Shown here: piece by piece, positions 51,994 to 61,008 of the stretch
How positions within the stretch are numbered: the stretch's first letter is position 1
Layout: every line of letters begins with the position of its first letter
Assembly (NCBI GenBank): GCA_965262915.1
Contig: OZ253564.1
Span: 4,128,001 to 4,192,000 of the forward strand
Direction: 5' to 3'
DNA from: Candidatus Spongiisociaceae bacterium
Lineage (GTDB): Bacteria > Actinomycetota > Acidimicrobiia > Spongiisociales > Spongiisociaceae
DNA length: 64,000 bases
Notes under the pieces: generated by a model
What the model was told of the DNA's origin: nothing
Seen by the model: the letters and a program-made list of their open reading frames with translations, nothing else
The model's database searches: none
Program-made: the position numbers and the translations under genes

Positions 51994-52488
51994 ATGGGCA
52001 ACAACACCATCACAGCAGCCCAGCCCGACCCGAACGTGGATTCTCAGAACGACCCGATGGTCCTGAGAATGATCGACTGGCGCGGCTGCTCCGCGGTTGA
52101 GTACGTTCCCGGACGCGTGGGAAGCCACCCCTCCTTCATCGGCCGTCGTATCTCGGTGCAGGGTTTGGTTGACTGGATCGAAGCGGGTCGTTCGTGGGAG
52201 GGTTTCGCTGAAACGTTCCGAATCGAACCGGACGCTGTGAAGGAGGCGTTCCGCTACTTGAACAACGACCCGCCTGTGGAAATCGTCGATTTAACCGACT
52301 GCCCCGCGGTGTGTATCGGCTATAGGGGCGTCCCGGTGTTCGAGGACTCGCGGTTCCCGGTTGAGTCGCTGTTCCACTACATCAAAGGCGGGAAGACGGC
52401 ACAGGAGTTCAGCGCAACCTACGGGTTCGGCTACGACCTCGTCGCAGCCGTCCTCCGCCACGCCGCCGTTGAGAGCCATTGGGCGTAG
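51994..52488 (+). CDS. Tandem DUF433 antitoxin
   Basis: Two units DW..C.AV...G.P.F...R..V..L.......G....F. Confidence 0.82.
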   Translation: MGNNTITAAQPDPNVDSQNDPMVLRMIDWRGCSAVEYVPGRVGSHPSFIGRRISVQGLVDWIEAGRSWEGFAETFRIEPDAVKEAFRYLNNDPPVEIVDLTDCPAVCIGYRGVPVFEDSRFPVESLFHYIKGGKTAQEFSATYGFGYDLVAAVLRHAAVESHWA

Positions 52489-52506
52489 CCGACGAGACTG
52501 GTTGCT

Positions 52507-52794
52507 GTGAGAATCCTGATCGACGAGGACCTGAACATACGCCTGAGACACCTCTTCCCGGACGACGACATATCCACGGTCGAGTACATGGGATGGAAGG
52601 GATTGGACAACGGGACTCTGTTAGACACCGCCGAGCAACACGGTTTTGTCCTCATCATCACTGGTGACACGAACATGAGCGATCAGCAGAACTTGCACAG
52701 GCGAACAATCGCGTGTGTTCTAACAGACAAAGCCTGGCCCGTTACCCCTGAACACGAACAGGAACTCGTAGCCAGGGTAGACAGGTTCCGGTGA
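52507..52794 (+). CDS. DUF5615/VapC45-like PIN toxin
   Basis: MRILIDEDL...TVEYMGWKGLDNG.LL..AE..GF...ITGD.N...QQNL. Confidence 0.85.
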   Translation: MRILIDEDLNIRLRHLFPDDDISTVEYMGWKGLDNGTLLDTAEQHGFVLIITGDTNMSDQQNLHRRTIACVLTDKAWPVTPEHEQELVARVDRFR

Positions 52795-52952
52795 CACGTC
52801 GAGTGCCCTCTAGATGGTACGGAAGCGCCGCAGCAGCAAGATCTCCGTCTGGGCTTCCCCCAAAACCGGGAAGGAATACTGCCGTCTCCACGCGGATGCT
52901 TCCGGAAGGCTGACATGACCGGGTCGCCCGCCGGTGCCGTGGACAGGTTCTG

Positions 52953-53168
52953 ATGGCGCCCACCACCGAAGAGAACGCGCGAGAGGTCCTCGCCCACCGC
53001 CGGGCCGCTCAGCAGGGACTGCGCCTGTCGAAGAGTCGCAGCCTCGCTGTCGGGCTGAGCGTGCTGTTCTGGCTGGCCGTACACGACCCCCTAGGCGCCT
53101 GGATAGCCGGGGCGGGCACGGTCGCTCTGCTGGCGCTCGCTACCGCCGGTCGCGAAGACCCCGCCTAA
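52953..53168 (+). CDS. Small two-TM hypothetical protein
   Basis: 71 aa with two hydrophobic stretches. Confidence 0.4.
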   Translation: MAPTTEENAREVLAHRRAAQQGLRLSKSRSLAVGLSVLFWLAVHDPLGAWIAGAGTVALLALATAGREDPA

Positions 53169-53684
53169 GACACGACGACGACGGCACGACGGGGGCACGA
53201 AACGACGGGCACGACGACGGGGGCGGCCACGCCACGCCACCGCGCTACGCCGCCCCCCTCCCTGACTCGCCGTCTGACCCACGGCGTCCGACCGCACGCG
53301 GCTAGTTCCGCCGATCCCCCACGACCTGCAGTCTGGTTGGCCTCACCCGTGAGACACATCGTCCATTGCCCACAGCAAAACCCCGTTGCGAACCGTCGGT
53401 GATTCCACTGGGCGCACCTTGACCAGTGGCTCCTTGCTCATCTATCCCTTCAGTACTGGCAATGGCCGGTTGCTATGTAGCTAGACGCGTTCGATTGTCT
53501 AGCCTAAGGGTTCGTAGCCGGGGTTGACTCCCGGCGCTCATTGAGGGGGATACCGAGAGGGAACTTGGTATCCCCCCGTTTACTGCTTGAAGTCCTACCC
53601 GGACTCCCCCGGCTAAGTGCCTGGTCGGAGGGTGCTGCAGTGCCCGCCCCGACGGCCTCGTCCGTGGGCAGCGCCCCCCATCTC

Positions 53685-53769
53685 GAGGTGACGTCCTGCC
53701 TAGTTCGGAGGTGACGTCGTCCCGAGACCCCTACCGAAGTGCCTGGTGGGGGGTGGTCGCGAAGACCCC
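53685..53769 (+). repeat. Dispersed island motif, copy G
   Basis: First 39 bp identical to copy E; ends CCTGGTGGGGGGTGGTCGCGAAGACCCC as in copy A. Confidence 0.8.
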
Positions 53770-54113
53770 GCTCCGGGGTGTTAGCCGTTCGAGGGTACCT
53801 GTCCGCCCGTTGGGGATCGGGTCTTGTGGGTGGGGTAGCGTAACTGCTCACAGCCGGCTCGGGTCGCCTTTCTATCAGAACCGACTCGTCAGCGGTACGG
53901 TGGCATCAGGTAGGAGGGGAGGCTGCAGGATCAAGCTGGGCAACCCGGTGAGCAGCCCATAACGCAGGGACTCTCACACAGCCGAAGGTATCCGCCGACA
54001 CATCGTCGTAAGCCCCGGCCTCAACGTCTTCCCGCTGTCTCTGCAGGCGAACCTCGTGCTCCGCTACCGAAGACCCGGGTCAGCGATGGTGGCGAACATG
54101 CCGCGTGCGCCTC

Positions 54114-54848
54114 TCAGTCGTGGTCCGTGCGGAATCGGGTCACCAGGGACGCAGGGTCGCGGAATACCACGGAGCGGGCCAGAGCCTGGTCGGCGCCCGC
54201 ACGCCGCGCCTGCTCCAATGCCTCGACATCCACGTGCGGACCGTAGGCCAAGCAGCCGATCGGGCGCTCCACCGCTGCCTCTATGACCTGGAACGCCGCC
54301 GGGTGCTCCAAGTCCACCACGACGCCATCCAGAGCCGGTGGCAGGTCCTGGCCTTTGAGCGGAACCACCGCCCAGCCGGATCTCTTCAAGCCCCCCTCAA
54401 GCTTCGACCTGTCCATGAGGTTCCGGGTGAGCAACCCCGCCGTCCTCCGGGTCATGGCGGCCGCCTTGGCCGCTCCCCAAGCCAGGTGGGCCCGCCAGAC
54501 ACCCTCACCCAGGTCGCGGGAGGAGGCCGGGGCGAGGTCGTAGAGATCGCCGGGCAGGGCGTTGCTGGCCAGGGCGTCCCTGGCTGCGGCAGGGTGGCCT
54601 GCATCGGCCAGCACCTTGGTCGGGAACCTCATGGCATCCTGGAACAACTCGAGAGGACCGCGGTCCTGGCTGGGAAACGGAAGGCTCAACATCCGTGAGA
54701 GGGCCTCCTCCAGCCATCTGCGGCCTTCCTCGATGGCATCGTCCAACCCTGGCGGCTCGCTGACCGCCCGACCCGCCAGTACGGCCCTCACGTACGGCTC
54801 GTAGGCGGCCGCGAGTACTTCCGACAGCCGGGCGTTTGTCTCGCTCAC
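54114..54848 (-). CDS. Hypothetical protein with C-terminal degenerate receiver-like domain
   Basis: VVVDL...AYGPHVD..AL..AR.AGAD..LARS; operon context. Confidence 0.7.
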   Translation of the reverse strand: MSETNARLSEVLAAAYEPYVRAVLAGRAVSEPPGLDDAIEEGRRWLEEALSRMLSLPFPSQDRGPLELFQDAMRFPTKVLADAGHPAAARDALASNALPGDLYDLAPASSRDLGEGVWRAHLAWGAAKAAAMTRRTAGLLTRNLMDRSKLEGGLKRSGWAVVPLKGQDLPPALDGVVVDLEHPAAFQVIEAAVERPIGCLAYGPHVDVEALEQARRAGADQALARSVVFRDPASLVTRFRTDHD

Positions 54849-54861
54849 CGATAACCTCCTC

Positions 54862-55827
54862 TCATCCTGAGAATACCTGCACGACCATGAGACCCAGCGG
54901 ACCTTCGAGAGCCGACACCCCCACGCGGGTGAACCTCGGGTCGAGCATCGTGGCTCGGTGCGGCGACGAAGCCAGCAATCCCTCGTGCACGGTGGCCACG
55001 GTCGGGGAGAGGGCCAGGTTCTCGCCGACGACCCTGAAGGGAATCCCCCGGGCCTCCAGACGCTCGTCGACGGTTCCGGTTACCGGTGAGACATGGGAGA
55101 AGTAGCCGTCCTCGTACATCTCCCGCCCATGCCCGCCGGCCACTTCGGCCAGCGCCGCCGACCATGCCACCGCCGCCACCCCCTCCTCGATCCTGGCCAG
55201 GTTGAGATTCTCGAACAGCACGCGGGCCTGCTCGGGACCGTCGGCCAGTTCCCATGGGGTTTCGAGCGGGATCGCCACCCGCTCCTCACCCTCGATCACC
55301 ACCTGGCCCCGGCCGGCCAGGCGGTTGATGTTCACGAAGGACTCCAGCAGGCGGTCTCCCAGCACCCGGCTGACCACCGGGGTGACCGCGTTCCCCTGCG
55401 ACAGCACCGCTCCGGCGACACGGGAATCGGAGACGAGTGCCCGGAGACGGGCCGGGAGGTTGGGCGTGGCGCCGGCCAGGAGAAGCAACAGCACCGCCAC
55501 CACGACGAACCAGGCGCCCGAGAGCACCGCTCCGGCGATGCGATCCACGGGGCGGAGAGGACCCAGAACAGCCACCGATCTCCTGGCTGCCAGCGTGCCA
55601 GCCGCGAGGACGACCAAGAAAACAACCACCGAACCCATGATCCTCGCCGCGAGCGGGTCGGTACCCGTCCACGACCCCACGAAAGCCGCTCCGGCGGGGC
55701 CGGCACGGTAGCCGACGAGGATCGCCACCACCATCACCACCAGGCCCAACGCTCCTCTGAGGAGGCCGCTGCGGTATCCGCGGAACAGGGCGGCCAGGAG
55801 CCCCACCCCGAGCAGGAGATCGAGCAT
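54862..55827 (-). CDS. CvpA membrane domain fused to CAP/SCP domain
   Basis: GY.SG..., DRIAGA; H..EM...YFSH.SP, GENLA, S.PHRATML. Confidence 0.87.
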   Translation of the reverse strand: MLDLLLGVGLLAALFRGYRSGLLRGALGLVVMVVAILVGYRAGPAGAAFVGSWTGTDPLAARIMGSVVVFLVVLAAGTLAARRSVAVLGPLRPVDRIAGAVLSGAWFVVVAVLLLLLAGATPNLPARLRALVSDSRVAGAVLSQGNAVTPVVSRVLGDRLLESFVNINRLAGRGQVVIEGEERVAIPLETPWELADGPEQARVLFENLNLARIEEGVAAVAWSAALAEVAGGHGREMYEDGYFSHVSPVTGTVDERLEARGIPFRVVGENLALSPTVATVHEGLLASSPHRATMLDPRFTRVGVSALEGPLGLMVVQVFSG

Positions 55828-55831
55828 CTGG

Positions 55832-57133
55832 TCAGTCGTCCTGGGACCGAACGGTCTCCACGGACGGTTCCCCGGCACTGCCGCCGGGCGTCCCGGTCGT
55901 GACAGCCTCCCCCGGGACCTCATCCCCACCGTCGGCCGGCGCCGCGCGGGAACCCTCCGAGCGCGTACGGCGGAGCCGCTCCTTCAACGGCTCGGGCTCG
56001 TACTCCACTATGACATCCTGGAGTGCCTGGTCCCACGACTCGCCCAGTACCCGGGTCCGCCACAGGTGGCCGGCAACGATCTTCAGAACGGCGGTGACGG
56101 GCACCGCGATGAGGATACCGAACAGGCCCCCAATCGAGCCCCCGGCCAGCAGGCCCAGGATGATGGTGACCGGATTGAGATGGACCGCCACCCGCAGGAT
56201 CAGGGGGCTGACGAAGTGGTTGTCGAACTGCTGGATGGCCAGGAACGCCACCATCACCCACACGGCCCGGATAGGGTCGCCGACGACCAGGGCCGTCGAG
56301 ACTCCCAAGGCCCCGCCCACCCATGGTCCGATGAAGGGCACGATGTTGAGCAGGCCGGCGATCATCCCGACGATCAGCCAGAAGGGCAGGTCGAGGATTC
56401 GGAGCGCCAGGCTGGAGAGCAGGCCGACGATCACCGCCACCATGAGTTGGCCCCGGATGAAACCGCCCACCGCCTTCCCGATCTGTCTCGCTACGTGGAC
56501 CATCTCGGCCCGGTCGGCCTTCGGGATGAGGCGTTCGGCGGCCTGCCGCAGGTTGTGAGCGTCCACGAGGATGTAGAAGGCCAGCACCGGCGCCAGCAGC
56601 ACGATGACCACCACCTCCAGAACTCCCCGGGCGATCTCCCCTATCCGGCCGATACCCTCCAGGATCACTTCCCGGTTGGCCGGATCGGCGAACCAGTCGC
56701 TCAGCCCTCCCGAGAGGGTATCCACGTCCTGGAAACCGGCAGGGAGGTTGAGCCAGACGGCCACGTCCGACAGGACCATGGCGGCACTGTCGATCACCTC
56801 CGGCACGTGGTCGACCAGCTCCACCGACTGGCTGCTGATCACCGGAACCATCAGGACCCCTATCAGGACCAGCACCCCCCCGAACAGCAGGTAGGAGAGG
56901 CATCCACCCGCCACCCTGGGTACCTTGTAGCGCTCGAGCCGGTCCACCAGCGGCTTGAAGAGATAGACGATGATTACCGCGAAGATGAGCGGCGGCCAGA
57001 TGATCCTCAACTGGAGCACCAGCCAGGCCAGCAGCGCCACCACCAGGCAGGCCCCGACGATGCTCCAAGCCGCTATGCCCATACCGCGCAGCCACTCGAA
57101 CCGGCGGCGCGCCTCCCGATCCTGCTGACTCAC
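55832..57133 (-). CDS. AI-2E family transporter
   Basis: GFIRGQL, VPFIGP, QQFDNH..SP, G.LIAVP. Confidence 0.92.
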   Translation of the reverse strand: MSQQDREARRRFEWLRGMGIAAWSIVGACLVVALLAWLVLQLRIIWPPLIFAVIIVYLFKPLVDRLERYKVPRVAGGCLSYLLFGGVLVLIGVLMVPVISSQSVELVDHVPEVIDSAAMVLSDVAVWLNLPAGFQDVDTLSGGLSDWFADPANREVILEGIGRIGEIARGVLEVVVIVLLAPVLAFYILVDAHNLRQAAERLIPKADRAEMVHVARQIGKAVGGFIRGQLMVAVIVGLLSSLALRILDLPFWLIVGMIAGLLNIVPFIGPWVGGALGVSTALVVGDPIRAVWVMVAFLAIQQFDNHFVSPLILRVAVHLNPVTIILGLLAGGSIGGLFGILIAVPVTAVLKIVAGHLWRTRVLGESWDQALQDVIVEYEPEPLKERLRRTRSEGSRAAPADGGDEVPGEAVTTGTPGGSAGEPSVETVRSQDD

Positions 57134-57317
57134 CTTCTACCCCGTGGCTTACTCATGCTGTCCGATTCCTACGATACGGCATCCCATCGACCTGCCAGCG
57201 GTTTTGCGGCTCTCTCGGAGGGTGGTCACGACCTCCGGTCGGTCCGACGGTCGATGACAAGAGGCTACGTCAGAGGACGACGGGCCAACCATTTAGCCCC
57301 GGATTCCGGGCACCCTC

Positions 57318-58265
57318 CTACCCTTGTTCCGCGTTCGGCTGCCATTGCTCCACCACCAGATCCGATCCGGGGTCCACCTCCACGAGATACCGGGAGGCGC
57401 CGCCCCCCACGTACCGTTTCCCGCCGGCCGTCACCTCCCAACCCGGGCCCACCCGGACCGGACCGACCACCTCCACCGACGCATCCGAAGGGACCGCCAG
57501 TACCAGTTCACCACCGACGCGAACCGGTACGTCCCCTGACGGAGCGCCCAGCCGGACCCGACCGCCGGAAGCCACCCGCAGGAAATCCACCCTTACCATG
57601 GTCAGGTCGGCATCGAGACTCGTAGCCAGGACGGTGATCTCCCACCGCGGGGAGGGGGAGACGGACACTCTCCACCCGCTCGACCCGAACCAACCCGGTT
57701 CCGGCCCCTCCCTCAGCCGGACCGTCATGTCGCGGTCGGCCAAAACCTCCGAGGCGCGGGCGGGCGCGATGTTCCCACCGGTCCGCATGGGACTCACCTC
57801 GTAGAGGGGCCCCGCGGCGCCATCCAGTACGACTTCCCCTTCCAGTTGGATGTCGAGCACCGCGGACGTGATGTCACCGCCGACCGCGGGTCCCGCCAGG
57901 TGACCTGCCGATGAGGGAAGCACATCCCAACCCCCCAGGTGCAACGCCAGACCCACGACCACCCAGCCGAGCAACAGGAGGGGTGGGGCGACGCCGGGCC
58001 CCGAACCGATTGCACGCAGGTGATGCCTCAACATCCGGCGACGTATCAGCACCGGCGTGATAGTGACCAGCCAACCCGGCCAGAGCGAGACGACATCTAC
58101 CAGAACGGATCGCATCAACCATCCGACCTCTCCGGCGACCACCAGTAGGACGACCGCAACTGCCAGGACGGCCCATGCGTACGCGGCGCGTACGCGGCCC
58201 CTCCGCGCGTGGCGACCCCTGGCGCGGAAAGAACGGGACCTCCGCTTCGCAGTCGGACCTATCAC
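57318..58265 (-). CDS. Hypothetical membrane-anchored protein
   Basis: N-terminal TM helices and beta-rich C-terminus; operon overlap. Confidence 0.65.
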   Translation of the reverse strand: MIGPTAKRRSRSFRARGRHARRGRVRAAYAWAVLAVAVVLLVVAGEVGWLMRSVLVDVVSLWPGWLVTITPVLIRRRMLRHHLRAIGSGPGVAPPLLLLGWVVVGLALHLGGWDVLPSSAGHLAGPAVGGDITSAVLDIQLEGEVVLDGAAGPLYEVSPMRTGGNIAPARASEVLADRDMTVRLREGPEPGWFGSSGWRVSVSPSPRWEITVLATSLDADLTMVRVDFLRVASGGRVRLGAPSGDVPVRVGGELVLAVPSDASVEVVGPVRVGPGWEVTAGGKRYVGGGASRYLVEVDPGSDLVVEQWQPNAEQG

Positions 58266-58852
58266 TCGCGGAAGGAAGCCCCGACAACCACGGTCAGCGG
58301 CGCCCGGGGGTTGTCACCGGGAAACGGTTCGACGTTGGCGTCGGGTATCGACTCCGCCAGAACCTCGGCCTCCCGCTCGAATCCGTCCACGAACCAGACA
58401 ACCGAGACATCCAGTAGGGAGGGGTGGTTGCCGGGTTCGACGGTGCGGTAGCCCAGGCCGGATAGCCGGTCCGTGACGCGACCCGCCAAGCCGCCGGTCC
58501 GCGTCGAGTTGAGCACCAGTACGGTGAGTTGGGCGGGTTCCCGTACCGGCGAGGTCGTGGTGGTCGTTGTCGCGGTCGAAGTGGTGGTCGGCACGGTGGA
58601 TGTAGTGGACGGGACCGTGGTGGAGGGCCGGGCCGTCGTGGTGGTCGCCGGCTCGCTAGGAGACGGATCGGCGGAGGTGGATGTGGGAGCAGTGGTCCCG
58701 CCGGAACCCAGCCCCTCCGACCGGCCCAACAGGAAACGGGTCCCCAGGGCGACAACCACAACTATCACCAGAGACACCAGGACAAGCGTGATCATCCGTC
58801 TCAGGTCACGGCGAAAGCGGCCCCGATCCGCGGAAGCGTGCCTTCCTGGCAT
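58262..58852 (-). CDS. LytR C-terminal domain protein
   Basis: TM, Thr-rich linker, VLVLNST...GLAG.....L...GY. Confidence 0.85.
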   Translation of the reverse strand: MPGRHASADRGRFRRDLRRMITLVLVSLVIVVVVALGTRFLLGRSEGLGSGGTTAPTSTSADPSPSEPATTTTARPSTTVPSTTSTVPTTTSTATTTTTTSPVREPAQLTVLVLNSTRTGGLAGRVTDRLSGLGYRTVEPGNHPSLLDVSVVWFVDGFEREAEVLAESIPDANVEPFPGDNPRAPLTVVVGASFRE

Positions 58853-59001
58853 CGACTACTCCTCTTGTTCGGAATCTGGGGTCGGAATCCCCGAAAGTAC
58901 TGCCATAGCAGGGTGGTGCAAGACACGGCCCGTCGATCGATGACGCGATGCCTGTTCAGAGCAAGACGGGCCGTCGGTCCCCATCGTTTTACAGCACTCT
59001 C

Positions 59002-59256
59002 CTAATCCCCGGCTCGGGACATCCCGGATCGGCCCTCGACGGCCCCGGCCCCACGGGCTCGTATGCGCCGGAGCCTCCGCACGGCCAGCGGATCATAAGA
59101 GAGAGCGTCCGGCTTGTCGATCATCCCCCTCAACACCCGGTAATAGACGGCAGAACTGATCCCGAACAACTCGGATATGTCGCGGTCCTTGGGTCCCGGC
59201 AGCATCCACCAAGAGCGCTCGAAATCCAGGACGCGCCGCTCCCTAGGCGTGAGCAT
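59002..59256 (-). CDS. DUF3263 protein
   Basis: LDFERSWW...GPK...I...FG.S...YY..L...ID...AL.YDPL.VRRLRR. Confidence 0.9.
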   Translation of the reverse strand: MLTPRERRVLDFERSWWMLPGPKDRDISELFGISSAVYYRVLRGMIDKPDALSYDPLAVRRLRRIRARGAGAVEGRSGMSRAGD

Positions 59257-59383
59257 GATGGGCAGAGCGTATTACGACGAAAGGCCTTAATGGTGGATTT
59301 CGCGTTCTTCGCGAGCGGCACCGGTACACCGGACGGGTCTCCCCGGAAGACCCGGACACGCCCTCGAAGGCGCCGCGGTGATC

Positions 59384-59800
59384 CTAGGAGAATGAAACGC
59401 AGGTGTCGTCCACGACCTGGAGAACGGACTCCTGGCTGAATCGATACTTGTACTCGTCGGAGATCTCATCGATACGGCCCATCGCGTCCTCCTCCGGCGG
59501 CACCAGCACCAGGAGCACCTTGGAACGTTCCGTCCGGACCAGTCCGTCCGGGTCGCGCCATTGGCCGCGTCCGTCGATGACGGTCAGGCCGTCCGGGAAG
59601 CGCGGGGTAACCGTGTCCCGGAGAAAGGCGTCCCACGCCGCATCGTCCACAACCTCGCCGGACGGACCGCTGCGGCCCATGAACAACTGGTACCTGATGA
59701 ACCGATCGGTGCCCTCCGGACAGGGGGCCACGGTGGTTTCGGAGCAGGCCGCGGCGCCTAGAACCGCCAATATCAGGCAGGCCGACAGAGCCTTCCGCAT
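59384..59800 (-). CDS. DUF3574 lipoprotein
   Basis: Lipobox AAC; VTPRFPDGLTVIDG.GQWR, F.QESVL. Confidence 0.87.
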   Translation of the reverse strand: MRKALSACLILAVLGAAACSETTVAPCPEGTDRFIRYQLFMGRSGPSGEVVDDAAWDAFLRDTVTPRFPDGLTVIDGRGQWRDPDGLVRTERSKVLLVLVPPEEDAMGRIDEISDEYKYRFSQESVLQVVDDTCVSFS

Positions 59801-59908
59801 CCGACTCCTACTCTCGGCCACGCCACTCGCCATCGTCACGCCCGATCGCCACCCGAAGGATCCTAGGTCGCAGCCACCGGGCCATGAATCGGGAGCAGCC
59901 GGACGGGG

Positions 59909-59981
59909 AGCCGGGTACCGGATTCGAACCGGTGACATCTTCTTTACAAGAGAAGTGCTCTACCAACTGAGCTAACCCGGC
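59909..59981 (-). tRNA. tRNA-Thr (TGT)
   Basis: GCCGGGT/ACCCGGC acceptor, CTTCT-CTTGTAA-AGAAG anticodon arm, GTTCGAATC. Confidence 0.96.
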
Positions 59982-60144
59982 CGGCCGCCGTATCCTAGTG
60001 GCCTGTCCGGGGATCGGCGCCCCGGCATGCGGCGGCGACTACCCGACCCGCTCAAGGTACCCCTGGGTGCCATCCGGGGGCCGGCAACCGGGTTGCGGCG
60101 CTGACTGCGGCGCTGACTGCGGAAGTCGAGTCCGGGGTTGCCGC

Positions 60145-60923
60145 TCATCGACCCGCCTCGGCGGGACGGCCGAGATAGGCCTCGATGACCGCCTCGTTGC
60201 TCGACACCTCGTCGTGGGAACCTTCGGCGATCTTGACTCCGTGATCGAGCACCACCACCCGGTCGCTCACATCCCGAACCACCCGCATGTCGTGTTCGAT
60301 GACCAGTAGGGTCAGACCCCTCTCGTCACGGAGCCTGCGGATCAGGCCGGTCAACTCGGCGGTCTCGTGAGGGTTCATCCCGGCCACGGGCTCGTCGAGC
60401 AGCAGCAGCTTCGGACGGGTGGCCATAGCCCGGGCGATCTCGAGGCGCCGTTGGTTCGCGTAGGAGAGCGACGCCGCAGGTTGGTCGAATCGGTAACCCA
60501 CCAGCCTGGACCCGAAGAACGAGAGAATCTCCCGTGCCCGGGCGCGGATCTCCGCCTCCTCGCGGCGAAGGAACGGGGTACGCAGCACCGCTCTGAAGGC
60601 ACCCGCCCTGGTCCGGCAGTGCTGGGCGACCATCACGTTCTCGAGCACTGTCATGTTCATGAACAGCCGTACGTTCTGGAACGTCTGAGCTATGCCGTCA
60701 CCGTGATCTCACTCGCTTCGAGCCCGACGACGCTCTCTTCTTCGAAGAGGATATCTCCGCCATCAGGAGGATAGATGCCGGTCACGACATTGAACAACGA
60801 GGTCTTTCCGGCGCCGTTCGGGCCGATCAAAGAGACGATCTCCCCTTCGGATACCCCAAGACTCAACCCGGCGAGTGCTCGGACCCCGCCGAACGACTTG
60901 TGGAGGTCCCGAACGTCCAGCAT
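60145..60923 (-). pseudogene. livG: Branched-chain amino acid ABC ATPase, frameshift near 60697 (possibly a sequencing indel)
   Basis: GPNGAGKT in first frame; TFQNVRLF, LSYANQRRLEIARA, LLDEP, IEHDM in second. Confidence 0.85.
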
Positions 60924-61008
60924 TGCGATCAGCCGCTCGCCTGACCGTGAACCGTCCCGGCGCCGTTCTCGCCGACAGCTCCCTGCCCGAGGAGCCAGGC
61001 ATCCTGGG

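Larger units (their letters stand above)
27521..54050. mobile_element. Decayed defence/TA genomic island at tRNA-Arg
   Basis: Begins at tRNA 3' end; dense IS, RM, CRISPR, TA and gene fragments; core-like genes resume at 54114; right boundary approximate. Confidence 0.75.

Noticed and set aside
53500-54110. attR duplicate of the tRNA-Arg 3' end at the island's right boundary
   Set aside because: No copy of GTTCGAATCCTGCCGCGGGCG seen; the hairpin at 53517-53535 does not form a cloverleaf
60094-60122. 12-bp tandem GCGGCGCTGACT
   Set aside because: Simple slippage duplication in intergenic DNA with no further structure
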